The notes: generated by a model not told the origin, from the sequence alone. A stretch of DNA of 64,000 nt from Acidobacteriota bacterium (GCA_965263035.1 OZ253580.1:1792001-1856000); one strand, 5' to 3'. Shown: positions 19,601 through 29,509, counted from the first letter of the stretch. Made by a program: numbers and translations.

Positions 19601-20356
19601 TTCGTCACGCGGATGCCAGCCCCAATTGAGCACGGACGCCGCCAGAGAAAAAAACGCCGGGTCATCGCCGTCGCGGCGGATCCGGTCGAGCGCTCCGGCA
19701 AGCAGATCCGGGCGCACGCGGTCGTAGAATTGCCGAATGTCCGCATGGACGACGTAGACGCGCTTTCCATCGGCTGCCGGAATCGACTCGGCCGCGACTT
19801 CCGGCCGGGAGAGGAACGCGCGGTAGTCCTGGTAGTAGGCGCGGTAGAGCTTGGCGGATCCCCACCGATGGCGCAGTTCGCCATATATCGCGTCGCAGAA
19901 CAGCCGGTTGCCATAGGAGACCACCTGCCTTCGCGACTCCTGATCACGTACCGGCTGTCGCGGATCCCCTTGCAGCGTCTCGACACGGTCGGCGAGACAG
20001 AGCATCAGCGCCGTCGCCACCACCTGGTCGGCCAAGCTGACGTGAGCGAGCGGTCGAAGCCGTGCCGAGCGCGCCCCCTTGACGGGCTCCCACACGCCTT
20101 CCTGCACTCGCCAGCGCTGGCTCTTGGGCGCCGGAACGATGCGTAGAGGATCGTTCTGCCAGCTCTCCAAAGACTGCAGGCGTTCGCCGAGTTCGCTGAG
20201 AAACGCCGGCAGGTTCACGGCCGCGCGGTCGAGAGCAAGCGTGTCGGAGAACCAGTTGTGGTAGCGGATGTAGGACGCGGTCTTCTTCCAGGCCTGAACG
20301 AGGACGTACTCCTCGCGGAGCAACTCCAAGCGCGGTTTGAGCTGCTCCTGAACCAT
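16598..20356 (-). CDS. Reverse transcriptase-nitrilase fusion (DRT1/UG1-like defence-associated RT)
   Basis: RT motifs RLRPL, HADIRQFYD, LPQGLVASGFFAN and RYVDD. C-terminal carbon-nitrogen hydrolase triad E (LPELAV), K (QGKAH) and C (VCYD). 1252 aa. Confidence 0.9.
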   Translation of the reverse strand: MVQEQLKPRLELLREEYVLVQAWKKTASYIRYHNWFSDTLALDRAAVNLPAFLSELGERLQSLESWQNDPLRIVPAPKSQRWRVQEGVWEPVKGARSARLRPLAHVSLADQVVATALMLCLADRVETLQGDPRQPVRDQESRRQVVSYGNRLFCDAIYGELRHRWGSAKLYRAYYQDYRAFLSRPEVAAESIPAADGKRVYVVHADIRQFYDRVRPDLLAGALDRIRRDGDDPAFFSLAASVLNWGWHPRDEKNVKMYAEQAELDDFTRVALPQGLVASGFFANVVLLSFDEVLRVAIGTEIAPGIRVADSCRYVDDLRILVAVAPKSDGSSNDLEKTVSRWLSQVLEENATGLVLSPEKSQVAALGGDERPLVRQSAKMNRIQSAVSGGFDALGGEEILDAIQGLMRAQEALSVGDDSGWRFSPVPDVRDETVARFGAARYRTTFRSIRPLLQDDDTPDESEVGRGDTPPGGRPRVARTRRELDEDARAFALGLIQRWIDDPSNVRLLRIGLDLWPDVELLREVLSLLRPFTEKGGRRKAPRRVAWYCLAEVLRAGATETALVADTESLPLGIDLESYREELRGEAARLVALPGPTIPWYLRQQALLFLAVCDPVGAPVVRTGTVPETRHYRELIRFLRGDGDRLRSSDFATLAVLARRAFLDRARAVELTRPGLSPSRRRQLAQRDPSFLLEIIDTATDTLLFNDLPARIREDLCRAPEGADGGHDTLAKAVLNTHPSGSLRNELSLLRFARAFLEQWEQQKLPPEVITPGQVTLKLGEDRAVADVETLRILGSRADASGSPYEVPAWCEAGEGWRFQLGFLLRFILSGQPDFTRPVRRRHWKETESFYRPAESHWYQRLYGLYSGQPAFGDDWLPITDWVEGLLLGLLRWPGCRAPDGFGWVEQGIQEARTQIGQRIADLEQRRGSATRALILPLLVRRPTATNTPRPLRACVVQTAIPATGDLQHTDLALNESAIRRRHRNHLSAALAAVERMLALRETHKGSEGRLDWLILPELAVHPKDVRTHLVPFARAHRAMILAGLTYEEILAGQPLVNSALWVMPEWSDAYGLQIKTRRQGKAHLAPNEQAFNGGGAHVLQGFRPCQWLIGYPWSDADGDRPLWLTATVCYDATDLGLAADLRDESDILAIPALNKDVKTFDQMALALHYHMFQLVVVANNGQYGGSNAYWPRSDAHIRQIFHTHGQQASITFLEIDDIGGFLERHDISGANADGWKHPPAGLKTAAQGGWL

Positions 20357-21675
20357 ACCTCAGCCCCCCAGCACCTCGACCAGTTCCGCGATCACCTGCA
20401 ACTGGCCTTCGTCCGCGCTGGTGAGCACGATCGGCTCGAAGTCCGGGTTGACGGGGTTGAGGGTGATCTCGACGTGACGCCAGGAGTCTCCCTCCTTCGC
20501 CTTCTTGCTCTTGTAGCGCTTGACCGTGTAGCGCTGTCCGGTCTCCGGGTCGGTGGCTTCACGAAGCTGGACGAGGACGATCTTGCCCTGGCGCGTACCC
20601 TCGACAGGACCTCGAAAGAGGCACCAGGCACCGTCGCGAATCGCGGGCTCCATGGACTTGCCGACGACCTGGGCGACGAACATGCCCTTTCGCAGACGAT
20701 GGCGGGACTTGAGAGCGACCCACTCGAAGTCGTCGTCTTCGATGTGCTGCGGATCGCTGAAGGTGCCGGCGGCCACCCTAAGCGGGATGAGCGGCACGCA
20801 GGTGACGTAACGGTCCTCGGGTGCGGGCCCGACCGTAGGCGGCCGAAACGGGACCACCTTCGCCGTCCCCTCTGATGCCGCATCCGCCTCCGACACGCCC
20901 TGGAACGCGTCGGGCCAGCCGCCATGGGCTTCGATGACCTCGTCGATCTCGGACATGATGCGGACGGTCTCATTCAGGGCGACGACGATCTTCTGGTAGT
21001 GGGCGATGTCTTCATCCGAGAGCGTGCGGCCCTTCCGGTCCTTGAGCCACTTGTGGCAGACCTGGTAGCCGCCGATTTGGAAATCCCAGACCTCCCCGGG
21101 CACACCCCTGAAACCCATCGTGCCGGGCTTCGTCGCGTGGTGCCCCTCGCGCGCAATGGTCTTGCCCGCGTCGATCCACACGGTGCCGTCCGACCAGCCC
21201 GCGCGTCCGACTTCTGGGAGCTTTGGGCCGGTGTATGTCGTGATGGGCTTACCGAGTTCCGGAGACTCGAGCAGGTGGAGGGCCAGCACGTCATGGCCGA
21301 TCTCTGCCAGCCCTCGGAAAAGGTCGACGCTTCCGGGCAGAGGTACGCGGGGGAAGTCGAACTTGAGCTGGGCCTCATAGCGGCTCCGATAGCCGGGGCT
21401 GTGGAACACCGTGTAGATGTAGGCGAAGACGTCCTCGGGGCCGAAGGTCTTCCAGAGATCGCCCCGGCCGTCGCTGACGAATCGCAGTTCGGTGGCGGCC
21501 GCAATCTGCTCGACGAACCCCGAGTCCAGATTCGGAGTGCGGCCGTCCTTGCCCTTTGTCCAGCGGTTGAATAGCGAATCGTCGGCCCTGCCGACTCCGG
21601 GATAGAGGTAGAGCGGAAAGAGTGAGTTGACGTCGTAGGCCGAGCAGGTCTTGTGCGCAATAATGCTCGATGTCG

Positions 21676-22764
21676 CTAGTGTGGTGTCCTGGAAATACGA
21701 GTAGATAATCGTGCTAGCTTGTCCAGGATGGATTGGGCTGTGGCGGCCCACACGAAGGGTTTCGCCTCTTGGTTGTATCGATGGGTGAATTCCTCAATCG
21801 TCTTCACCAAGTGTCTCACGTTGCGGAACGAGGTGCGCTTGATCGCTCGCTGTGTGATCAAACCGAACCAGCGCTCCACTTGGTTGAGCCAGGAGGCGTA
21901 GGTGGGGGTGAAGTGTAAGTGGTAGCGTGGCCGCTTGGCAATCCAGGCCCGGACCCGTGGATGCTTGTGCGTGGCATAGTTGTCGACGACCAAGTGGAGG
22001 TCCAGATCGGGCGGCACTTCCCGGTCGATCAACCTCAGAAAGGCCAGGAAGTCCTGGTGGCGGTGGCGCTTCTTGCATTGAGCGATCACGCGACCCGTGG
22101 CGGCATCCAGGGCCGCGAAAAGGGTGGTGGTGCCGTGGCGGATGTAATCGTGCGTATATCCTTGAACGTACCCGAGACCCAGGGGCAGGGCCCGTTGGGT
22201 CCGGTCCAGGGCCTGGATTTGAGACTTCTCGTCGACGCACAGCACCATGGCGTGGTCGGGGGGATGGAGGTAAAGTCCCACGATATCTCGGACCTTCTCG
22301 ATGAAGAAGGGGTCGTTGGAGAGCTTGAAGGTCTGGGCCAGATGAGGCTTGATGCCAAAAAGCGAGAACCAGCGCTGCACGGTGGTCTTGGAGACGCCCT
22401 CGGCGGCGCCCATCAAGCGCACGCTCCAGTTCTCGGCGTTGGCCGGCTTCTGCTGCAGAGCGCGGCTGATCACCTGGGCGACCTTCTCGTCGTCGTAGCT
22501 GCGGGGACGACCGGGACGAAGCTCGTCATGCAAGCCCTGAACGCCGAGTTCGAGGAAGCGTCGACGCCACTTGCCGACGGCTTGGGGCGAAGCCCCGACC
22601 CGTTCGGCCACTGCCCGGTTGGTGAGGCCCTCGGCACTGGCCAGGATCATGCGGGCTCGCAGGACCAAGCCGTGAGGCAGACTGGTGGAACGGGCGACTC
22701 CCTGGAGTTGATGTCGCTGCTCGTCGCTGAGTACCAAGGGGGGAAGTTTGCGTCCGCGGGGCAT
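21676..22764 (-). CDS. IS630-family transposase
   Basis: HTH region with RPGRP, then DDE motifs [19 protein letters not shown] and WLNQVERWF. The stop codon TAG uses the target TA. Confidence 0.95.
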   Translation of the reverse strand: MPRGRKLPPLVLSDEQRHQLQGVARSTSLPHGLVLRARMILASAEGLTNRAVAERVGASPQAVGKWRRRFLELGVQGLHDELRPGRPRSYDDEKVAQVISRALQQKPANAENWSVRLMGAAEGVSKTTVQRWFSLFGIKPHLAQTFKLSNDPFFIEKVRDIVGLYLHPPDHAMVLCVDEKSQIQALDRTQRALPLGLGYVQGYTHDYIRHGTTTLFAALDAATGRVIAQCKKRHRHQDFLAFLRLIDREVPPDLDLHLVVDNYATHKHPRVRAWIAKRPRYHLHFTPTYASWLNQVERWFGLITQRAIKRTSFRNVRHLVKTIEEFTHRYNQEAKPFVWAATAQSILDKLARLSTRISRTPH

Positions 22765-22828
22765 AGGCAGTCTCCTTTCTGAATGAGGAACCGCCTATTA
22801 TTATACACGAACTAACGGGACACTACAC
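21679..22828 (-). mobile_element. IS630-family insertion sequence (1150 bp)
   Basis: Terminal IRs GTGTGGTGTCC / GGACACTACAC. TA is duplicated at 21677-78 and 22829-30 within a CTAG target. Confidence 0.93.
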
Positions 22829-25511
22829 TAGCGCGCCCCACTTATCTCTCGTCTGCCTCGTTGTGATTAGGCCGACGTTCTCCCCCGCGAGCATGTGCCG
22901 CATAATCTGCTTTACAGTTCGCCACACCAGCGAATCGTGATAGAAAATCAAGCGTTGGTCGAAGGGGCGATAGAGAACCGGCTTGATGTGTTCTCCCAAC
23001 TCCCTTTCACCTCCAATCAGTTTTCTCGCGTTGGGTATGTTCCACCCCTTCTTCAGCGGAATCCCCAGTCGGCGGCACAGTTCCTCATCAGAGTCTTTCG
23101 AATCGCGAAACTCACGTGCCCGCTCGAGCAATGGTGCTTCAGCGAAGTCAATCACTACATGGTCCCGTGCCGTCGTCATTCCAACACCATTCACCGGCAT
23201 CACTTCGGTGATTATCCAGCCCTGTTCGTATTCGGCTTTCAGTTCGGTGTCTTGCGGCACGAACAGGTAGAATGGCCGCTGTGGTCGCAGCACCATCCAT
23301 TCCGTGCTACCAGCATCGGTCGAGAGGAGCGTTTCGTACTTGCTCTCCCGCAGCTCCCACAGGTCGGCATGATGTAACTTGGCTGTGCTCCTCTTCCCCG
23401 CCTTATTTATAAAGAGTCCGAGCGCCACCCCCTGCTGGATGTCGAAGACGTTTTCATCTTTGCCTCCGTCCGGCGCGCGTTCCTGCTTCTTCGAGTTTCC
23501 GTGAAGGTCGAGCAGGAAGAGCTGATCGAACGTCGCAAGCAGTGCCCGCCGCACTCCTCGGAAAGTCGGGCTGTCAACATAGCTGTGGTTCGTGATGAAG
23601 CCATGAATGCCGGCACCAGCCCGCTCAAGTAGCCATTGTGAAAATCGCGTGAAGCGGACGTAGAGATCGTTCAGCCACTTCGGGTTGCGCTCATTCAGCG
23701 GCTCACCGTCTACCTCGAAGTAGCTCAACGTGCTTCGGCCACTCTGGAGTTCCTGACCGCGCATGAGCGCTGCGATCCAGTCCCCACCGCGACCTGCTTC
23801 GCCAAGGTACGGCGGATTCCCGATCACCACCGTGAACCGTTGATTCCGCTTGATCTCGTTGACCGCTTGGGCCTCGTGCGCCAGGGCCGGCAGGAAATCC
23901 AGGGTGAGCTGCCTACTTCCCGCCGGCTCCAGCGCGTTCGTCAGGTACACACGCGCCCGCTCGTCGCTCCCGAAGCGGTAGCCGGTCTCGTAGAGCTTGA
24001 GGCCGATCTTGAGGTGCGCGATGGCGTAGGGCGCCATTAAGAACTCGTATCCGTGCAGGCGCAACAGGAGGTGTTCCGGGACGTAGTGGTTCCAGAGCGC
24101 CTCGATCTTTTTCTCGCCGTGGCCCTGAGCCTTCCACTCCTCGACCATCGTCTTGTGGATAAGGTCGATTACCTCGACGAGGAACGTGCCGGTGCCGGTG
24201 GCGGGGTCGAGGATCTGGACGAAAGCCTGGTCGGGCGGCGTGCCGTTGGGGATCTCGAGATCTTCGTGCCGTTTCGCCATCTCGCCCCAGGTCGTTGTGT
24301 CGGCGAGGCCGTCAGTGAGGCCGAAATCGCTCCGCAAGAGCTGGTCCACCGAGCGCACGATGTAGGAGACCACCGGGCGTGGAGTGTAGAAGACGCCCCG
24401 GCTCACCTTCTGCTTCTTGTCGTAGGCGGCGAGGAAGTGCTCGTAGAAGTGGATGACCGGGTCTTCCCGGGGGTTCCGGTCGCCGAAGTCGAGGACGACG
24501 GCCTCCATATTAGCCTGGTCGAGTAGCTCCACCACCTCGGAGACGCCCAGCTCGTCGAAGTCGATGCCTAGCCCACCGGCCTTCCCGCGGCGCCCTCCCG
24601 CGTGAAGGAAGGTCTCCATCAACTCCTTCAGAAACGGGTTCGTCCGCATGTAGGCGGCGAGGTCGTCGGCTGTGCGCCGCGCCGGGTCGGTGATGCGCGC
24701 GGACAGCAGCCCGTATGCGAGGGTCTGGGCGTACATATCGGCGAAACCGTCCTCGTCCAGGTCGTGGACGAGCGCGGTCTGGAAAGCCTTCATAAGCTTG
24801 GTGAGCGGCCCGGACTCGGTCTCGATGGGGAGCGCCGTCCGGATGCGGTCGCGGATGGCGCGGGCGAGCTTCGCCAAGCGCTCCGAGAGCTGCTTTGAGG
24901 TGCTGATGACCTCGCGGTGGCGCAGTGTGAAGGCGGCGCGCCAGCGCTCGCGCCAAGCGTCGGGGTCGCCCTCGTCGTCGGGCCAGGCGAGGTGCGTGGT
25001 CAGCTCGCTAGCGACGGCGTCAAGGTGGAGCGGCGTGTCGAAGTTGTCCCAGCCGAGCACCTTGAGGGTGGGCAGGTCGTGGCCGTCCCGGGGCTTCGAG
25101 AAGTGCGCGAAGACAATGCGCCGCTCCTCGCCCTCACCGTAGTTGGAGACGAAGAGCAGGTCGTCGGCGGCCCAGGCCTGGCGCTCGGACTTGTTGGCCG
25201 AGGCGCGCTCCTTGAGCGCCACCTGGCCGAGGATGCGGCGCAGCGCCACCACGGGCAGGCGCTTCGGCTCGAACTTGACGAAGAAGATGCCCCAGGGCTG
25301 GCCCGTCGCGAGTGGGCGCAGGCGCTTGATCTCCTGGATCTTGGCCGCGTTCTTCGCGTCGATCCCGAGCTCCTCGGGGGTATAGTCGAAGGTCATTTCT
25401 TCGAAGTCGTCCGAGTCGATCGGCCAGCCGAGCTCGTCGCGGAGGTAGGCGACGAGTTGGTCGAAACGGCGGATGCATGCGAGGCGCTCCCGGTGGTTGG
25501 TCGGCATCGGT

Positions 25512-28500
25512 TCAGCCCTCGTTCAGCTCCATCCAGCAGCGAAGCCGCGGCTTGACGCCGACGGGGGCGTCCACGCGCTTCAGGTAGCTGTTCTTGATGT
25601 GCTTCTCGATCCGCTTGCGGATGTCGAGGAGCGTCTTCTCCTCCATGGTGCAGCGCCGGGGCGTCTCGGGCTTCGAGCGGATGCTCGCGACGATCTCGCC
25701 CGGCTCCTCGAGGATGGTTTCGCGGTCGAGGTCGTAGAAGTACCAGCGGGTGGTGCCGGCCTCCTCGGTGAACTCGTTCTTCTCCTTGTCGAGGGCGGGG
25801 AGCGCGTAGCAGAAGAAGACACCGCGCATGCCCTTCGCCGGGCGCTTGCGGCCGCTGAAGATCGCGCCGGGGAAGCGAGCGAGGCGCGCCTCCAGCTCGG
25901 GGTCGGCCTGGAGCAGCGCCTGGTACTCGAGATGCATGTCCTCCACGGCCGTGCGCGTGCCCTCGTAGGCGTGGTGAAACTCCTTCAGCGCCTCGTAATC
26001 GTCCTCCGGGGTGAGGAGCTTCTTGCCCTCGATGCCGAGGGTCTTGGAGATCAGGAGCGTCTTCTGCGTGACCTTCGTGTAGAGCGAGAGGATCTCGTTC
26101 AGCTCCTGAGGCGGGAGAAAGTTCCAGAACCAGACCCTGCCGCGCGAGGCGGCCGCCTCGGGATGGTCGGCGACGAGCCGCTTCTCGATTGCGGGATTCA
26201 TGCGGCGGTCCACCCGGCCGATGCGCTGCATGAGGCGCACCGGGTTCCAGTGGATGTCGTAATTGATCATCCGCGAGGCGTCCTGGAGGTTGAGACCCTC
26301 GGAGAGGACATCGGTGGAGATCAGGACGCGGGTCTCCTCGCTGCCCCGCTCGGCGAGCTCCGGGGACGAGCGGCCATTGTAGTAGGGCGCGAAGCGCTGG
26401 ATGACCTCTGAACGGTTCTTCTTCGTGGCACTGTCCACCTGCTCGACGCCCTCGATACCGGCCTCGTCCAGTTGACGCTTGAGGTAGCGGGCAGTGTCGG
26501 CGAACTCGGTGAAGATCAGAATCTTCTGGTCGGCCAGCGCCTTTGACTTGAGCAGGCGGATGAGCTTCTGGAGCTTGTCGTCGTGCTTCGGCTCGAACTT
26601 CCGGGCCTCGGCCAGGAACCGAACGATCTGGTCGAGGTCGAGGAAGGTCTCGGCCATCATCTCCTTGACGTCGTACGCGGCACGGTCGAGGCGCTCGACC
26701 GCCTCGAGCATCTCCTGGGGGACGACGTCATCATCGTCTGCCTCCTTGCCTTCCTCGCCCCAGAGCTCGAACTGGCGCTGGACGGCGCAGCCCAGGATGT
26801 CGGCGTTCTGCGCTTTCCACCTCTTGAGGCGCTTCTTCTCGGCGTCGCTCTCGCTGTGGACCTCGATGAAGGCCAGCAGCTTCTTGAGCAGGCGGTCGCA
26901 AGAGAGTTCGAAGGCGGCGACGGAACTCTCGAAGCGCTTGAGAAAGTTGGTCCGGATGAGGCCGATCACCTGTCTCTGGCGGTTCTCCTCGAACGGGTCG
27001 ATGTCCTTGTCCGGCCCCCTGTACCAAAACAGGGGGTAGTACATCGGGAGCGTGAAGAGCGGGCTCTGCTTGGCGAAAGCATTCTCGAACAGCTCGAGCA
27101 TCCGCCCGTAGGTCTTGCGGATCGAGTACGCTGCTACCTGAGGGTCCCTCCGGTCGGGAAAGGCAGCTGCTTTGCCGTACTCCCGAATCTGGCTCTCGCG
27201 GGCGTAAGCGCGGCTCCGCTGGACGACGAGCTCGCGGAAGAATGCGTCGGTGAAGAGGATCTCCTGGGCTTCGATCATGTGCTCCGCAGCATCCGCCACG
27301 TCCTGTCCCAAACGGCTGCGAAGCATCCTTTCCATCTGGCTGAAGTGCGCCCTCAGGTTGTTCACGCCGATCGTGCGCGCGAAGTAGGACTCGTCACGAC
27401 GCGTGAAGAGCTCGGTCATGTGGCGGAAGTCGCTCAGACGGTTGTTGATGGGGGTGGCCGTCAGCATGAACACGGTCTTGGGGCGTTCCGCGTTGTCGAG
27501 TAGCTCGAACAGGCGGTAGTAGCGCGACGGTTCGATTCCCCTGTCGGGATCACGCCGGCGGCCCGGATTGCGGAAGTGGTGTGCCTCGTCGATGACAACG
27601 ATGTCGGCGAGTTCCGCAATGCGCTGGAAACGCTGCGGGAAGTCCCCCTTTCGTCCGAGGTCGGTGTGGCTGAAGACGGCCAGGTTGCTGAAGTCCCCGC
27701 CACCGCCGACGCCGCCGATGTGCGGAAGCCACTGACGCAGGTGGGGCTCCCATACCCCCTCCTTGGCCCCCTTCGGTGCGAACAGCGCAACACGCTTGCC
27801 CTCGTGAAGGATGAGCCGCTCGATCAGCATCAGACCGACGAAGGTCTTGCCAAGACCCACGCCGTCACAGAGGAACGCACCGCGGTGCTGCCGGGCGATC
27901 TTCATGAGCGCCCAATACGCCTCCTTCTGATATCGATCGAGGTGCGGGAACATGCGCGACCGTGTCTCGTCCCACTCGGTCGCGGTCAGCTCGTGCCCCC
28001 GGAAGAACTGCTGCAGGGCCTTCGCGTAGACGTCGAATGGCGAATACGGGTGCGTATGGCGCGAGATCGTCTCGATGACGGCCTCGGTAACCCCGCTCGC
28101 TTCGTTCCAGTGCGTCTCGAACCACTCCTGGAGCTGCGCGACTTCGCGTGAGCTCTGGATCTGGACGTTCAACTCGATGTTCTTCGTGAGACCCGGACGC
28201 GTGAAGTTGCTGGAGCCCACCAGCGCCTGGGAACCCACTACCTCAAGCTTTGCGTGGGTGATGTAGGCCTTGGCGTGGAATTTGGCCTTGTCGTAGACAC
28301 GGCATTCGATCTTCCCGGAGCGGAGCGCGTCGAGGATCGCAGAGACCCCGTGCAGGAAGGGGTTCGGCTCCTTGTCCTCCTCGATGCTTTCGTCGAGCCT
28401 ATCGAGCGCTTGCGCCCGAACCGCTTCGAGAATGGCCTTTCGAGTCCGATGGGTGGTCTCCGCCCCCATCAGGATCCGGATCTTGTCGAGCCCCTGCCAT

Positions 28501-28661
28501 CTGCCGTCGAGGGTGAGCAGAGCGCCGATCTCGAAGTATCCGGTCGCGATGTCGAACGCCTTCGCGATGCTGGACCACTCCTCCAAGTACCGGAGCCCGG
28601 TCCAGCCGGAGACACTGTTGTCGACGATAAAGAGCTCGTGGCCCTTGGAGTCAGCGGTCAT
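25512..28661 (-). CDS. PLD-nuclease domain plus SNF2-type (SF2) helicase
   Basis: PLD motif FHAKAYI...VGSSNFT...NIELN. Helicase motifs DGVGLGKT, DEAH, LTATP, SEGLNLQ and QRIGRVDR. Start set at ATG 28661 with a GGGAG RBS. Confidence 0.9.
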   Translation of the reverse strand: MTADSKGHELFIVDNSVSGWTGLRYLEEWSSIAKAFDIATGYFEIGALLTLDGRWQGLDKIRILMGAETTHRTRKAILEAVRAQALDRLDESIEEDKEPNPFLHGVSAILDALRSGKIECRVYDKAKFHAKAYITHAKLEVVGSQALVGSSNFTRPGLTKNIELNVQIQSSREVAQLQEWFETHWNEASGVTEAVIETISRHTHPYSPFDVYAKALQQFFRGHELTATEWDETRSRMFPHLDRYQKEAYWALMKIARQHRGAFLCDGVGLGKTFVGLMLIERLILHEGKRVALFAPKGAKEGVWEPHLRQWLPHIGGVGGGGDFSNLAVFSHTDLGRKGDFPQRFQRIAELADIVVIDEAHHFRNPGRRRDPDRGIEPSRYYRLFELLDNAERPKTVFMLTATPINNRLSDFRHMTELFTRRDESYFARTIGVNNLRAHFSQMERMLRSRLGQDVADAAEHMIEAQEILFTDAFFRELVVQRSRAYARESQIREYGKAAAFPDRRDPQVAAYSIRKTYGRMLELFENAFAKQSPLFTLPMYYPLFWYRGPDKDIDPFEENRQRQVIGLIRTNFLKRFESSVAAFELSCDRLLKKLLAFIEVHSESDAEKKRLKRWKAQNADILGCAVQRQFELWGEEGKEADDDDVVPQEMLEAVERLDRAAYDVKEMMAETFLDLDQIVRFLAEARKFEPKHDDKLQKLIRLLKSKALADQKILIFTEFADTARYLKRQLDEAGIEGVEQVDSATKKNRSEVIQRFAPYYNGRSSPELAERGSEETRVLISTDVLSEGLNLQDASRMINYDIHWNPVRLMQRIGRVDRRMNPAIEKRLVADHPEAAASRGRVWFWNFLPPQELNEILSLYTKVTQKTLLISKTLGIEGKKLLTPEDDYEALKEFHHAYEGTRTAVEDMHLEYQALLQADPELEARLARFPGAIFSGRKRPAKGMRGVFFCYALPALDKEKNEFTEEAGTTRWYFYDLDRETILEEPGEIVASIRSKPETPRRCTMEEKTLLDIRKRIEKHIKNSYLKRVDAPVGVKPRLRCWMELNEG

Positions 28662-29033
28662 GATGCTCCCTGCCGGTCCGCAAAGCGCATTGCGACCATC
28701 TGCGTGCCAGCAGCGTCCTTCTTGCCCTTCAGACCCACACCGGCACGTTCGGGATCTTGCTTGATACGGACACAATTACCGGGATCGACAATCACGGCGA
28801 CATTCCGAATCAAGGTCAGTCGGTCCTCCAACGGGTTAAAGTCTCTCGTCGTTTTGTCGCCCATAAAGCAGAGTACTGTGGCTTGAAAGTTTTCACCCAG
28901 AAATTCGCAAGCAGTTGTTAAATAGGGACTTAGGAGGTATTCTCAAGCCCCGATTTTATCATAGTCATTAGGTAGTCTATCGGTACCATACAATAGATAA
29001 CAAAAGACTTACACAAAACCGAGGGCCTGAACA

Positions 29034-29366
29034 ATGGGCCGAAAACGCGAACATCAGCTTCCGCTCTCCGGGCTCTGACCCGATCACCAACTCGCCCAGG
29101 AGCTGAAAGTCGTTTCCAGGATCTTGGAGGAATATCCCTCGGTCCTGGATCCGGTCTTACACGATCTGTGTGACTCCGTTCGCTCTGGCCAGGGCGCTCC
29201 GGGTCTGTCCGCGGAGCAGGTGCCGCACTCAGCCATCCTCAAGAACTGGCATCAGCTTTCCTACACCAAAGTGGCTTTCCACTCGAGCGACTCCCAGAGT
29301 TTTCGTTGCTTCGCCCGCCTAGCCTTCGGCTGCTCCCCAAGTGCTTCCTGTCTGTCGGAGAACATC
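29034..29366 (+). pseudogene. Degenerate IS transposase N-terminus (ISNCY/IS5-like)
   Basis: MGRKREHQLPLSGL*PDHQLAQEL...GAPGLSAEQV...LSY...DSQSFRCFAR, with an internal TGA and truncation. An AT-rich IS-end-like leader lies at ~28876-29030. Confidence 0.6.
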
Positions 29367-29379
29367 CCCTACGATCGGG

Positions 29380-29509
29380 GGGGGCTGTAGGCGAGGCGCA
29401 TCTCTTGTATGGAGGGCTCGTCGGCGGGGCGGTCGGGGGCGGAATTATCGGCTATCAGTTGGGAAAGAGCCGGGACCGGGAAACCACCATCATCACGATT
29501 GTCGACTGA
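29380..29509 (+). pseudogene. 3' remnant of a third glycine-zipper membrane-protein paralog
   Basis: GGAVGGGIIGYQLGKSRDRETTIITIVD* matches the C-terminus of 5935..6510 (GHKLGKRKDRETTIIKIVD*). Confidence 0.75.

Larger units (their letters stand above)
20360..25507 (-). pseudogene. N6-adenine DNA methyltransferase with Type ISP/IIG-like specificity domain and C-terminal S24/LexA-like domain, interrupted by IS630
   Basis: Motif I ILDPATGTGTF and motif IV GNPPY. Specificity-domain motifs YRPFD, FPRVP and [18 protein letters not shown]24 motifs VAAG, GKSM and TVKR. Removing the IS and one TA restores ...[15 protein letters not shown]... in frame (1331 aa). Confidence 0.9.

Noticed and set aside
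16598-20356. RT as a retron, group II intron or DGR enzyme
   Set aside because: There is no intergenic space for msr-msd and no intron RNA or maturase context. The size and nitrilase fusion fit the UG/DRT class.
20360-21751. Independent 463-aa gene
   Set aside because: Its first ~25 codons are IS630 sequence. The rest is the in-frame C-terminal part of the interrupted methyltransferase.
25512-28661. Complete DISARM or BREX system
   Set aside because: No DrmA/DrmB (DUF1998) or PglZ/BrxC-like genes are recognisable in the window.
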